From the NCBI GenBank assembly GCA_965153285.1, contig OZ229126.1: a stretch of DNA of 64,000 nt; one strand, 5' to 3'. Numbering within the stretch: the stretch's first letter is position 1; each line of letters starts with the position of its first letter. Below the pieces are notes generated by a model that was not told the DNA's origin, searched no databases, and saw only the letters and a list, made by a program, of their open reading frames with translations. Below are positions 24,490 through 38,752 of this stretch, in pieces. Made by a program: the position numbers and the translations under genes. This stretch comes from Podarcis tiliguerta. Lineage: Eukaryota.

Positions 24490-24757
24490 ATTGCCAGTGG
24501 TAAAACACGTGTTGAGCAAGCTGCTTTATGGAAGTGAGTCGTGGGCAACTTACACCTGTCAGGAGCAACACCTCAACACCTTCCACGTGCTCTGCGTCAG
24601 GAGGGAGTTTGAGTATCAAATGGCAGGACAAAATTCCAAACAAAGCTGTGCTCTCCCAAGCCCACATCTCCCAGGATGTTCACACTCCTGTCTAAGCAAC
24701 GTCTACGCTGGATTGGTCATGTTCACAGAATGGAAGATGGCAGGAACCCCAAGGATG
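24490..24757 (+). mobile_element. RTE LINE fragment, 5' piece (interrupted)
   Basis: LSKLLYGSESWATY and RLRWIGHVHRMEDGRNPKD, motifs downstream of the RT domain in RTE elements. Confidence 0.8.
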
Positions 24758-25336
24758 AAATGAAACACTTTATTGTCACTTGTACAACGTATACAGTGAG
24801 ATTACATGAGCACCCCCTCAGCTCTCTTAGTCTTAATTCCCCTTGTTTACTGTCGCACACCCACCACTGACGCAGTGCCCGAGGGGAGGAGATCAAGAAA
24901 GTGCCGGCCAGGGTGTGAATCATCCCTGAGAATTTCCCTCACTCTCCTGAGGCAACGTTCTTCCGCAATGTCATCCAGTGGATTCACGGGACAGCCCATA
25001 ATATCTTGTGCTGTAGTCACCACCCTCTGTACTTCCTATCAGTTGATGTCAAACCAGCGTACCACACCGTAATGCAGTGTGAAAGGACACTTTCTATTGT
25101 GGACCAGTAGAAGGAGATCATCAAATGTTGATTGACATTGTTCTTTTGCTATACTCTGAGGAGATGGAGTCTCTGTTGGGCTCTCTTAACCACCTGGGTT
25201 GTATTGATTTTCCAAGTAAGGTCTTCACTGAAATAAACTCCTAGGAATTTAAAGGAAGAGACTCTCTGCACACAGCCATCCCTGATGTACAGAGGGGCTA
25301 GTTCTCCTCTCTTCCTTCAAAAGTCCAACACCATCT
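24758..25336 (-). mobile_element. Rex1/Babar-like LINE 3' fragment nested in the RTE
   Basis: Minus-strand VVKRAQQRLHLLRV...MISFYWSTIES; 3' end aataaagtgtttcatttc. Confidence 0.7.
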
Positions 25337-25393
25337 TCTGCTGATATTAAGGTGCAAACCTTAATATCATCTGCTGATATTAAGGTGCAAACC

Positions 25394-25740
25394 CCTTGGG
25401 CAGACCAACTCTGTGCTACAAAGATGTCTGCAAATGTGGCATGGAGGCTGGGAACATCAACCTTGCCTGGTGGGAAACCCTTGCAGACAACAACAGTGCC
25501 TGGAGAAAGGCAGTCAAGTCATGTATCCATAGCAGTGACCAGAGGAGGAATGACTGCTGGGAGGAAGACAGGGAAAAGAAACGCCCTGGTGCATCTGCAG
25601 CAGCCCAACCGGATGCCTTCATCTGCCCCAGCTGCAACAAAACATGTCTCCCCCACATCAGTCTCTACAGCCACAGCTGGCACTGCAACCTTCCAACAGC
25701 TTGACCTCATTCCAAAAGTCATCACGAGACAGACGGGTGC
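25394..25740 (+). mobile_element. RTE LINE fragment, 3' piece
   Basis: GRPTLCYKDVCK...WETLADNNSAWR...FICPSCNKTCLPHISLYSH, continuing the 24490-24757 protein. Confidence 0.8.
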
Positions 25741-27565
25741 CTGCTTAACACACTAATCCCACGATTGTTTCTGTTCCTCCTGGTCTCCTTAGTGTTTAGA
25801 AACACTGGTTTACTAGTGGGACAAGTGAAATACATGCACACACTACAGGAAGTAACGCCTGTGTCATGCCACCTTCAACACATAAAAAGAAACCTGTCTG
25901 CTGCCCAAGGCAACCGAGCATTGCTGCTGTTAAACAATCCCAAAAACAGAGGGAAGACTAGAGGGACCAGGAGAGGGACGATTCGTAATGGAGCGCCGCT
26001 ATCAATATGATTTGCCATTTGCAGAATTCTTATGTCAACAGGATCAGTAAACAAGTGTTAATATTTCCACCACTGGGATCATCTAAAGGGAATTTGTTGT
26101 AGTTAGTTGCAGAGAGCAAAAGAATGAGATTGGAGAGGGGAATTGTGTCAGCCTCGGGAAGCTGGCAAGATGCAGCTGACAGGAGCGTGAAGTGGAGAGC
26201 GGCTTCAAAGCTGAGCAGGCTGTGTGACCTGAATGCTGCGCAAATAATGCACTGCTTGCAAGAGGATCAATGACAGCGTTTGCTGGGCTCTAGGCATCCC
26301 CTGTGCTAATGAAAGCCATCCTGGAAGCCGAGAGACAGGGCCTCTGGGCAACGTAAAAACTGGCATTAGCGGGCGTTTGTTATAAAGCCTGGCTTCTGAG
26401 AGCATGGAGCACCAGAAGAACCTTCACCCAGCCCCCCTGTAGTACCCCACCAACTCCCCTCTGGCTGTCTGTTTAGTGTCACTCAGTTGGGATGGATCCC
26501 GTTAAAGATCTGATGTTCGCTAAGGACTCGGAGGTGTCTGGGACGTCTGCCTCTAATCATAAACACTGCAGCTGGCAAGGACGTGATGGGGAGGGGGGGG
26601 GATCACCTTGATCCAGCACATATTTCCTTTGATGTTTCTGCAGCGAGTTGGCTGCCCAAAGTAAAAGGTATGTTGTTTGGTGTGTGTGTGTGCTTTTTTT
26701 TTAAAAAAAGAGAATAATAATAATAATAAAATACCCAGGCTTGACATTCTCAAATCATAACCATATGACTCTCAATTCCACGCTTGGCTTCTTTTCTTTC
26801 TTTCTTTTAATATTTTGTTCTGAGAAACTGGAAGAAGAGGAATCTGACAATGATAACATGAAACAGGTTTGAGAGATAATCGCAGATTCAGAAGAAAATG
26901 TGTCCAAAAAGAAACTTGCTGCCATTACCAAAAATGGAAGAAGTCTCTTGCCAAAGATCGCTAACTGTGGTGACCTTAAGCAATAGATGGTTACTGATTC
27001 TATGGGGGGGGGGGAGTTGACTCCCTCCCGCCAAAAAAAAAATGCAAAGACAACACAATTTGAATGCAACCACTGTTTAGAAGTTCTTCTTGCCCGCTTG
27101 CTTTTTCAGGGTAGCCTAGAAAATACAAGAGCTTTTTGCTCAGTCCTTGGCTGCTTAAATGCGTGTAGTGTAACAACTCTGGCTGGGTACAAACTATTAT
27201 TTCTGTCAGGAAATAGGAGTGACTTCTCCCTTCTACAATGCCACTAGCTCTTATTTGGAACTGGTAGCTTGAGAAATGTAGATGCATTCCTGCACTGCAG
27301 GGGGTTTGATGGCTCCTGGATGTCCCTTCCAACTCTACAATTCTATGAGAAGAAATGTACAGAAGAATACAACTGCAGTGGCGCTGGGAGATAGATAGAA
27401 GCCAGTCCATTTTCCTAACTGAAATGGCTTCTCCAAGTCAACTGAGTGGTGAAATTGATACGGTCAAATTGCAAAGAATTCTGGTCGAGTCAATTTCAGC
27501 CTTAAGGGAAAATGCACTAAAACAGAGTGGAGGATTACATGTATGACTATTAAGCTATCTTTATA

Positions 27566-27915
27566 AAGGTAAAGGGACCCCTGACAGTTAAGTCCAGTCG
27601 TGGACAACTCTGGGGTTGCGGCGCTCATCTAACTTTATTGGCCGAGGGAGCCGGGATACAGCTTCTGCGTCATGTGGCCAGCATGACTAAGCCGCTTCTG
27701 GTGAATCAGAGCAGCGCACGGAAACGCCATTTACCTTCCCGCCAGAGTGGTACCTATTTATCTACTTGCACTTTGACGTGCTTTCAAACTGCTAGGTGGG
27801 CAGGAGGTGGAACCGAACAACAGGAGCTCACCCCATTGTGGGGATTCGAACTGCCAACCTTCTGATCAGCAAGCCCTAGGCTCTGTGGTTTAACCCACAA
27901 TGCCACTCGCGTCCC
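27566..27915 (-). mobile_element. Sauria SINE, full length
   Basis: 16-bp TSD ttaagctatctttata at 27550-27565 and 27918-27933. Confidence 0.92.
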
Positions 27916-30900
27916 ATTTAAGCTATCTTTATACACACATGCAAAAAAAAAAAAAAGATTAATAAAAATGTCAAGGTGTGCTAATTATCATAATTCTAAA
28001 TGGCTCCCATGAAAGTCACATTAAAATATATGCATGGCTATGTAAAACAAAGAAAGAAAAGGAACTTGCATGCACTGAAGGCCACTATGCCCATCGCTCT
28101 CCCCCAAGAGAGAGCAATAGGCAGAGTGTTATGTGGCATTCCTACAGAACTCCTAGCAGCAGCGAGAACTGAATCTCCTACGTTCAAAGGGCAGAGAGCC
28201 CGTAAGCATTTCATGCTTCAGAGGCTATAGCAGCCTCTCCTCAGCTGGCCGCTTTGGCTCATGGCTGAGAAGGTTGCTGCAATGGCCTGAACCGCCGCTC
28301 ATTGCTAACACCAACACAACTTCTTCTCCTGGCGTAGCCGCCACCAAACTGGCAGGTAGAGCAGCAAGAACTCACAACATGAGTTCTCCATCTCCTAGTC
28401 ATTAGGATGGTGTGCAGACAACACAAGGGTCTAGGATGTCTTCCCTCTTGAGCTTCCTTCCTAATATTCCCAGAGGCCAGAAAGGGGAATAATTCTTGAA
28501 AAGGGAGAAGGGAATTGGCTGTTCCATGGACAAAAAACATTCTGTGTGTTCCTGCCCTTGGAGGGGTTTTTCCCTTTCCTTTTTTTGATTGAGAATGGGC
28601 TTTAAAAGCATGGATGGCCCCCAAGGTTTAATCTCTTCCACCCCGCAGACTTAGGCCAAACAACACTAACCTCTTTCAAATGGTGCCTTATTCATGTCAG
28701 CATCATGCTCAAAAGTACACTTAATGGACATCCGCATGAGAGTTTCCTTTTGCCATTATAGTATGTGATCTTTTCCACGCTTTAAGCCAGGAAATGTGAA
28801 GCACCTTCAGTATTATGGCTTTTAGTAAGCATTTAGGAACCCAGTTTGAATGAATGCAAATGACACAATACTGTGCCTACTTTGGCAACTCATTACTTTT
28901 TTTCACACTGAAAGCGAAGGCTGAGATCTCTCCCCAGAAAGCTGGAGAGAACCTATGTTCCGATTATGTATACAGTAATATGCATCTGGGCACCTACCAG
29001 ATATATACTGGCCTTGATTTAGAAATGCAAAAGTTAACTTTTAGTCCGATGCAGATTCAGAAAGGATTTAGGCAGCTGCGAGGCAGGCGTTCCCAAAAAG
29101 AGTCACATATTGCAGTGTGTGTTTTGATTAGGCTTGGTATTAATGTGTACTAGATCAAGTTACGTTGCTGCAAATTGGTCAGTGTCATCTCGACACAACT
29201 GAAGCAAAGGAGAAGTGACACACTGTAAATGAAACACAGTGAAGAGCTCAAGGGAGAGTAAATCACCCTACCATATCATGGCTGGAAAATTTGGGAGCTG
29301 CCGTTCCAAACCTATCTGAGATTTCGCAGGCTATTTGGACTGACAAGCGTTCCCTGAGATCCCACCAAATGCTGCAGATTCAGATAAGATTCAGATTTAT
29401 TGAGTTTATGCGCAGATGTACCAAGAGACAGTGCATATGTATGTCACTGGTGCTGGGGGAGGTGAGCTCAGGAGGGGTGTGAAACAGAGGTCTGTATAGC
29501 CCTATATGGCAATTTCTCCCTATTTTGCTGAATTGAAAGACAGAATTGAATGGCAAACACAAATGTTACAGTATTTACCTTGTTCCTTTGTTCCTTTTTT
29601 ATGCACGGCAAGGGAACATGGTGGACAGAAGCTCAAATCTTCTCCTGAGTCGAGCCTCTCTCCCCCAAAGCAAAGGACCCTTTACCAGAACAGGGTCTAC
29701 GTTGCAAAAGCCTCCAGCAAGAGGAATCACTCGTGGTAGAACTTGGCACTTCAAAGCTGGAAAGAAACTTTGCAGGCCTAGTTTACGCAAATCACTAAGC
29801 CAAACCTTGGCTTAATCTCCTGGGCATTCTGCTGCTATGCTTCATTATGATTTGGCTTAAGCACGGTGTCTGAATCTGAAATTGGGGTTTGATCTCTCCA
29901 GACTTTATAGCTCATGGTTTGTCTGGGAGAGCTAAACCATGAGCCCAGGTTCCAAGAACCCCCTAGCACAAACGATGGCTCAGCTCAGCAAAGAACAATC
30001 AGAGGAGGAGCAAAGCAGCCACAATCTCCTCTCTCCTGAAGCCCACACAGTTTGCTCATTTGCACTCATTTGTATGTTAATCTCATTTTTATCTTATTGT
30101 TCAATGGCTTTAGGCTGTGAAGTGGTTTTACAAATTTGCAATGAATGGACGAATGGGTCATTGTTTGGTTTACTGTTATGTGCAAACGAGGTTGTAGACT
30201 CCGTTGCACTTGTGGGTTTGATTTCTTAAGAATCTGACAACATCTGGATTGAACAGGTGGTGCTTTCCAAGGCACGATACTGAAAGCCAACACAACATGG
30301 GGGAATCAAGAATTTAAACTTGTCCAGATATCATGCAGATGTCGAGATCACATAGTTCTGCTATGGGTTAGCAGTGTACAAGTTTGTAACCAACCTGATT
30401 GCAATGTGGACTGAGAAGCTCAGTTGTACTGCCAATGAACCATCACCCCACAGGTTTCTATTAAAAGGGATAAAATAAGATTGATGGAACATTATCAGTT
30501 TCATGAGCCATCAAATAATCTTTAAACATTCTGTGTTTTTCCTAGATGTGTTTATGAAATCCTCAACATCTGAAATTGGGATTCTGCTTTACTTTATATT
30601 TTAGTGGAGCACAACCAATTAATATAGAAATGTGTAGTTACTCCAGAGACGTTGGGTGGGGAAGGGAAGATATCTTAGGTGAGTATCAGTGATTAAAAAT
30701 AAACTCAGAGTAACATAGTGTTTTTAACTTCACTTACCAGAGATGATTAATTTTAAAATATTTTCATCCCCCCCCCCCCCAGATAAATAGGTAAATGGCA
30801 TACTTTCAACTTTCTAAGTGGCATCCCTGAATTGCTTGATTGTAAAAAAATAAATAAATTTAACCAGTTTACAAAAATATTCTTTGCAGGCACGTATGTG

Positions 30901-32824
30901 TGTGGATAGTGTGTGTGTGTGTGTGTATGTGTGTGTGTAAATATATATAAATATAATTTGCTAAGACTTGGGATAAGTTTTAATCAATTTCTTTCTTCTC
31001 TTAAAAATGTTTGAAAAATAATTTAGTGGAGTTATTTTTGTTTTTAAACCCACTATGTTTGAGATTTCTGTTGTTAATATTCTGAAGCCTTAATTCTTGC
31101 TGGAAAAGAAGAGGAACAGAACCAAAAGGATGTTCCAAATGGCACCAGAACAATGAAGTATTCTGGGAGAATCTGTTAATCTCTGTGGTTTTCCAGGTCT
31201 GGTAGAGAGGTACACATGTCAGTGAAAAAAAGACATAGAAAATTGTTTACATCTGTAAACATAAAAATGGAAGATTTTTAATGCACCCCATTCTCCTATG
31301 GCAATAATCTCGCCTATTTACCCTGTGACGTGTTGAATCCTATCAGAAGTCATACCTCAAATGATAAGTATTTCCCCATCATCCCCCACCTTGTAATTAC
31401 AAGTAAGGTAGACCAGAGCCATTAATTAGAATTGGGCTTTCAGTAAGAAACATGCTCCCTGAAACACTTGCCTGAGATTTGAATTTGAAGGAAGCAATTA
31501 GAGTGTGGTTTCTTATGAGATAAGATGGCAGGAAACTCCAGTCAAAGAGCAAACAGAGAAACCACCCTGGTTTTATTCCAGCCCCAAGAAACTTATTATT
31601 TCCATTCTCCAAACAGGAAGCCTATGATCTCTACGTGCAAATATCAATGGAGAGAAAATGGATCGGGTCCCCATAGCATTTGGATTACTGAAACATACAA
31701 GGTGCAGTTATACAAAACAGACTAATCAGATGAAGTACCTCAAATTCTGCACTACAATCTCCACCTCTAGTCAGAAACTAAATCCTGCAATGGTAACATT
31801 TTACAGAACCAGAAATTGCATAAACGGAGCAACTTTGCATAAACGCGATTAACTTTCATGCCTTACAAAGTTTGTGCAGTTGCAAACTTCATGTTTCTGG
31901 AAGATTGTTTGGGTTTGTTTTTTTGAAGTAGGAATATTCTGTCTTGAAATTTCTGTCCGACACTGGAAAACAGGCATTGAGGCTCATGGAAAAGTGGGGA
32001 AACCGCTGGGAAGAATTTGTGGTTGTGCTGAGTGAATGTAACCCATTTGGCCCTGTTCCTTTCCCTACATTTATAGCAGAAACTGCCAACATGTTTTCTG
32101 GGTTCAATTCACAAACATGAAGGCCAGAAACAAAAACAAAAAGGAACTGGAATTATCAGCATTCTCTATAATATGCTGCATTCTTTATCCAACATTACAA
32201 TTCTCTCAAACCCTAACCCTAATCCTTGACACCCATGTCATTTCCCCAATTTAATCGGTAGGGATGCTTAAGCAATTTTTGCAAACTTTTACAGAAACCA
32301 ACTTCATCGGTATTCATCTGGATTGGAATGCTAGTACCCTTTGGATTTTACACTTCTCTAAATTTTGCAATTGACTTCTTAACTCAAAAACTGTACCGAA
32401 ATGCACAAGGAAACACATTATTTTGGGGCACAACGTGTTCTGAGATGTACATTTTGTGAGAAAACATGTTCAGAATGTTTGGTTTTTTAATTGCAAAGCT
32501 ATTCAGAAACCGGATGGAACGTATCTACGAATGAAACTGACACAGGACAGAAACAGGCTGATCCAGCAACGAGGGCAAGTAAAAGCGGAATAAGGCAATT
32601 TCCATCAGAGGAACAACACAGGGGAAATGTTTTAACACCCCTTCCTAAGCAATACATTCCCACTTCAATACAGTCCCCTACCAGCAGCTGATCTTCAGGT
32701 TTCTTGTGTTAGTGTACAAAGCCCTGACTAACTTCAGTGCAGCATACCTTAAGAGATGCCTTACCCGGTGCAGCCCAAGTTGATCACTGAGATCATCAGG
32801 GCAAGCACTATGGGAAGTTCCCTA

Positions 32825-33080
32825 TGGGACAGAAACACAGTTATTGAGCCTCTTGGGCTTGCCGATCAGAAGGTCGGTGGTTCGATTCCACACAACGGGG
32901 TGTTGCTCTGTCCCAGCTCCTACCAACCTAGCAGTTTGAAAGCAGGCCAGTGCAAGTAGATAAATAGGTACCACTGTGGTGGGAAGGTAAATGGTGTTTC
33001 TATGCGCTCTGGTTTCTGTCACGGTGTCCTGTTGTGCCAGAAGCGGTTTAGTCCTGCTGGCCACATGACCCGGAAAAGCT
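32825..33080 (+). mobile_element. Sauria SINE, partial, inserted in an old L2-like relic
   Basis: B box ggttcgattcc and body homology to the other copies. Confidence 0.8.
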
Positions 33081-33580
33081 CTATGGAACTCCCTCCCACA
33101 AGACAGGCATTGTCCCTAAGTTCATTTGTGTGTGTGTGCATATCTATAGCTATAGCTATCTTGAGATTATAAATTTTAGAGGTTTAATTAATGTTTTCCT
33201 GTGTTGTATGTTTTATTGCTGTGAGCTGTTTTAAGACCTGCATGGTAAAAAGTGGAATATAAATTTCTAAATAAATAAATGCAAATAAATAGATTTGAAT
33301 GGAAAACCTTCAACCACGTTCTTTAATAGAAGATTAAAGAGGTGGGAGGTATAGCCATGGATTCACAAGGCTTTGCCTAGTCTAGGAGGAAGGGGGGGAC
33401 AAATGATAATTTATTCATAAATGTATATACTGAAGCTTCAACATTTTTCCATGTTTGGAAGACTGCCATTTTGATTGGAGGAAAGGGTGTTTAATTCTTA
33501 CCTACTAACCATTTTTGCGTGTGCAGAATTGCCATGCAAGTATTTCTTTCCTCCTTCCCTTGCACATTTCCCCTTGTGAA

Positions 33581-33637
33581 AGGAAGGAAGGAAGGAAGGA
33601 AGGAAGGAAGGAAGGAAGGAAGGAAGGAAGGAAGGAA
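33581..33637. repeat. (GGAA)n microsatellite
   Basis: Read directly. Confidence 0.95.
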
Positions 33638-34446
33638 GACCTTGCTGGAGCACCATAGAGAAAAAATGGCAACACTGTGCAAAAATGCAACCATCTGGGA
33701 TAGTAATAAGCAACATTCCAAGTTTGCTCTTGCTGCCACCCTAAAGTGAAATTGCCCTGATGTGGCTTTTCATGTCTTAAAATATTGACTGGGGATTTAC
33801 ACGTAACATTTAGTTTGCACCTCAGTTCTTTCAGATTCAATCAAAAGAAGCAGGTGGTAAAAGCAGTTAGCAAAATGACTGTACGTATTAGGGCTTGCAG
33901 GTATTATTACAATGTAGGGCCGTAGTACTTGCCACATCCACTTACAACCAAGGTATATTTACTCCCATGATGCTATTAGGGCAATTACATGATTCAGCAG
34001 TAAAAGGCTTTGCTAGCCCAAAATTAACCAAACTTCAGGTAATCTCAGAATCAGCTTGGCATCGCAAAGTGAACTGAAAACGACAAGCAGCTGTTGGGAT
34101 GTTTAACATGAATGCCCCCCCCCCCCCCAATATTATTAAGACAATACTTCAATATTACGCGCTAAGTACCAAATAGGCACAGAGGAATTACTTCACAACG
34201 ATGCCAGGAATGGAAGGAATGATCTAACCCTGAGATCACTGGCAAGTAGGGGCTTACGCTAATCCTACATGTAGGCATATCGAAGATGCTCTCTCCACGA
34301 TAAATTAGAACAGGCAACAGACTGTGCACACCAGTCCTTGTCTCTTTGCAGATCCCCTCTCTACATCTGCCTTCACTGGGGTTGCGTGTCACATTGGCAC
34401 TAAAGTTCAAAAAGAATCTGCACTGGCTCTTTTTCTGAGCATAATG

Positions 34447-34812
34447 CAAAGTGTTGGTGTTGGCCTTTAAAGACCTAAACGGCCTCAGCCCAGTATACCT
34501 GAAGGAGCGTCTCCAGCCCCATCGTTCAGCCCGGACACTGAGGTCCACCTCCAAGGGTCTTCTGGCGGTATCCTCACTGTGAGAAGTGAAGCTACAGGGA
34601 ACCAGGCAGAGGGCCTTCTCAGTGGTGGCACTAGCCCTGTGGAACGCCCTCCCATCAGATGTCAAGGAGATAAACAACTACACAACTTTTAGAAGACATC
34701 TGAAGGCATCCCTGTATAGGGAGGTTTTTTAATCTTTAATGTTTTATCATGTTTTTGTATATACTAGAAGCCGCCCAGAGTGGCTGGGGCAACTCAGTCA
34801 GATGGGTGCAGG

Positions 34813-34843
<31 letters not shown>
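34447..34843 (+). mobile_element. L2-like LINE 3' fragment with (ATT)n tail
   Basis: KVLVLAFKDLNGLSPVYLKERL...; tail at ~34813-34843. Confidence 0.85.
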
Positions 34844-34844
<1 letters not shown>

Positions 34845-35446
34845 GTGAACCTACCAAATCTGTGCTTTCCAAAACAATATGCAAATGGAAACATGGCAAT
34901 CCTTTTCAATTCACAAGTCTTCAATTTCCCCCCCAATTAATTTCACACTCTTCTGAACTTTTCAATGAATTTATTGGACCAATGTAGGGAAATTGTGTAA
35001 AGCCCCTTTTCTGTGCAGTCACTGTTTCAGATCTGTTTATGTCTCTGTGTTGCACTGAGCTCCTTTGTCAACAAATTATCGTGTCACATCCTTTGCCTAC
35101 AAACACTCAGGCATTTAGATCGGAGGATGAGTAATACAAGACTTCTGGTGCAAACTGCGGGTGATGGTGCAATTGCACACTACTGTCAACGTAGTGCAGC
35201 AGGGAACTACTGTACTAGGACTGGTGAGACACTGGTTTAAATCCTCACTTGGAACAGTCGCTGGGAGCCCCTGGCCCAGGCATTGCATGTCAGCCGAAAC
35301 TATCTCTCGGGGCTGTTGTACATTTAAGTGTGTGTTCTGTAATAACACATAATGCATAATGTACCATGGCACAACATGCAACAAAAGTGGTACATGAGCT
35401 TGGGGATGGGTGGGGAATCTTAGTAGCCCTGGGATTTATGCTTCTA

Positions 35447-35679
35447 CAGTGGTACCTTGGGTTACATACGCTTCAGGTTACATACGCTTCAGGTTACAGA
35501 CTCCGCTAACCCAGAAATAGTGCTTCAGGTTAAGAACTTTGCTTCAGGATGAGAACAGAAATCGTGTTCCGGCGGTGCAGTGGCAGGAGGCCCCATTAGT
35601 TAAAGTGGTGCTTAAGAACAGTTTCAGGTTAAGTACGGACCTCCGGAACGAATTAAGTACTTAACCCGAGGTACCACTG
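35447..35679. mobile_element. Tc1/mariner MITE family A, copy 3
   Basis: TA-flanked TIRs, homologous to 23777-24018. Confidence 0.9.
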
Positions 35680-37200
35680 TATTTGCTGTTAAGGTCACAA
35701 TTCTAGCCTTTTTCATTATTACTGTTGTCGTTATTTCTCTTAAACAAACAAACAAACCTAACGACGTTCATCGTTCCACATGCAGGGGTAGTGCTTTTTG
35801 CAAATCCACCAGCTACTTAGCTCCATGAATGAAATACTTTGGTCAGTTTTTTAAATGACGGCATGCGAGGCGGTTCAAGAAACAAAACCGCCATTTGCAA
35901 GGTTACCCAAACTTCTACGTTTCCCCCACTTTCCGTTTAAAGGCGAACGTCTTTTTACTGTCATTTTCCTATTTTATTTTATTTTCTGCTGCTGCTGCTG
36001 CTCTTCCTACTCTTTCTGCTGAGACGATCTATGACAATGTGTCTCAGGAAAAAAGCTCCTGCCCAATAAAACAGCAAAACTAAAAATAAACCTTTGGGGC
36101 CAGAGGCATTTGTTCATTATATAAATCAAAGAAGCGCGCACAGAAATGGACACAAAGTGACTGGTAATGCCCAGTGAATTTCTAATGCTTGGCTAAAATG
36201 ATTTGGGTGCATTGCATGCAGATGTCAGGTATTTTAATAAAGAGCTCCATTGTTCAGGGCCCCTCACTCCTCCATAGCTCCCAGCGCTCCTTTAGGAAGG
36301 GAGGAAGGGAGGGGGCACGGGGGGGGGACGACACACAGCCATTCCAGCTGGGCTTGGAACCTTGTTTGAGTCAGGAAAACCACAGCTCATAAGCAAAGAG
36401 GAAGCATAATGTTCTACAAGGACAAAACATTAGCAAAAATGTCACTCAGCCCTAGTTCCACATGTTGGCTGCCACGGCCTCTTCCTCCAAGCATGCCCGA
36501 TTGATATAAATTCCATCTGCTCAGCAGCCAAGTGACAGAGAAGAAATACCAGCATCTGGTCTCTATTGCTGTCGGGTTTTTGTTCCATGTTAGACCTTAG
36601 CTAGAAACATATGAAGAGATGAAGGTGCTGGCAAGCGACTCAAAGGCTGCACTGGCACAAGAGAGGCTTTCTGATGCTTTTCACACTTCACTCTGGATTT
36701 TTACAGGGGAAAAGGCGGAGGAGACTTGATAAACTGCGCTTTAGGAGCCAACAGGCCTGGAGGTCATTTAGTCTTTGAAAGTGTGTGTGTGTGTGTTTAA
36801 AACTGAACAGCACCAACATTTTCTCTCTCTCTCTCTCTCACTTTTTTAGTGCAACAAAAGGTAACTAAGTCACACAAGAATGTGACTCTTCAGCTAACAT
36901 CCCCCCAGTCTCTTAAACATCCACTGGTTTGGATATGCTCCCGAAGCACTTTATATTCTCTTGAAGAGCAGCTGGAAAATGCCAAAAGACCAAACCAGAC
37001 GAGCTCTCTGTTTAACCCTGCTATGTCTGGCAAGATGTTGCTTTTGCAGGGAGAAACAGAGGAAAGGCCTACGTGCAAATGCAAGGCTGTTGTTGTTGTT
37101 GTTGTTGTGTGTTTTAAAAAAGAAAACAACTGTTTTCAACTGTGGCTGCGTGTGTATGCGGAACAATCTTTAATGTTGGCAATGTTGGTACACTGAAGTT

Positions 37201-37340
37201 CAGGCTGCCCCAACCCTCCCCAACCTTCCAGATGTTTTGGACTACAACTCTTCCCAGCGTCAGCTATCACAGCCATACTGTCTGGGGCTGGTGGGAGTTG
37301 CAGCCCCAAACATCTGGAGGGCACCAGCCTCGGAAAGGCC
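37201..37340. mobile_element. Degenerate palindromic hAT-type MITE
   Basis: tccagatgttttggactacaactc...gagttgcagccccaaacatctgga. Confidence 0.65.
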
Positions 37341-37465
37341 ACCATGAGAAAGAGCAGCTTACATACGTTAAGAGTGAACCAACGCTTGCTGCAGTAGGGA
37401 AACGGCCTGATCCCATATGAGATGTGCAATATAATATAATTGCCGAAAGACTGAAGGACACAAAA

Positions 37466-37913
37466 TAATGGTGACTGGGAGTGGCCGCTGGGACCATATA
37501 AAACCGGTCCTGAAAGACCTACACTGGTCCCCAGTACGTTTCCAAGCACAATTCAAAGTGTTGGTGCTGACTTTTAAAGCCCTAAACGGCTTCGTCCCAG
37601 TAGACCTGAAGGAGCGTCTCCACCCCCATTACTCAGCCCAGACATGGAGGTCCAGCTTTGAGGGGCTTCTGGTGGTTCCCTCATTGCGATAAGTGAGGTT
37701 ACAGGGAACCAGGCAGAGGGCCTTCTCAGTAGTGGCACCCTCCCTTCAGATGTCAAGGAGATAAAGAACTACACAACTTTTGGAAGACATCTGAAGGCAG
37801 CCCTGTGTAGGTAAAGTTTTTAATCTTGGATGTTTTATTACGTTTCTGCATGCATTGGAAGCTACCCAGAGTGGTTGGGGCAACTCAGACAGATGGACAG
37901 GGTATAAATAAAA

Positions 37914-37955
<42 letters not shown>
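37466..37955 (+). mobile_element. L2-like LINE 3' fragment with (AGT)n tail
   Basis: WDHIKPVLKDLHWSPVRFQAQFKVLVLTFKALNG; microsatellite at 37915-37955. Confidence 0.85.
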
Positions 37956-38615
37956 AATTCTGTTATATTTCCTCCAAAGCCAAGAATTAGAGTTATATTT
38001 CTTAAAAAATATAAGCAAATGTGACATATTTTTCTGTATGCTCTCCTCATGCTTCTGAGCTGGTGGGATTCCCGTTGCATTAGAGTGTCATCTCATTTGG
38101 GAGGAAGGGGCACAAGCTGACAAGCCGAAGTGAAGCGAGTGAACAGCAATCAAAATGACATTATAATACACACATACATACGAGCTGAAGAGAAATAACT
38201 AAGAAAAGGCAGCAAGTGAGAACTGCTCCAGAGGACACATAAATTTATAATAAAGCCTTACAACGCTTAATTATTAATTAGAAAAGAAGGAAGCTTTTAT
38301 TTAACAAACAGGAAAATGTCACCATCATCCATGTTCAGGCACAGAGATAATGGCATGGGCTGACTTAATGATTTCCAGAAATGTCCAGGACGTGTGCTTT
38401 CAAAACAAAATGACTTCTCCTGTACAGAACAAGACTATATGCACCAAAGGATGGAATGGCAAGAGCCAGTTCAACCCAATGTTTCTCCTCTTCAAAAAAA
38501 AGGATAAATTATGCCAGAAACTGTACATGAAGTTCTCAAGGAGGGGAAAGTCCTCTTCTTTTTTGCTTATAGATCTTTCCTTCCTAACATGCCTTTAGTT
38601 TCACCTGTGTAGACT

Positions 38616-38752
38616 NNNNNNNNNNNNNNNNNNNNNNNNNNNNNNNNNNNNNNNNNNNNNNNNNNNNNNNNNNNNNNNNNNNNNNNNNNNNNNNNNNNNN
38701 NNNNNNNNNNNNNNNNNNNNNNNNNNNNNNNNNNNNNNNNNNNNNNNNNNNN
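38616..38752. other. Assembly gap (137 N)
   Basis: N run. Confidence 0.99.

Noticed and set aside
26790-26880. Plus-strand exon-like segment (pyrimidine tract, KLEEEESDNDNMKQ, CAG|GTTTGA)
   Set aside because: Weak GAG acceptor and weak donor, no partner exons or recognisable protein, and antisense to BNC2.
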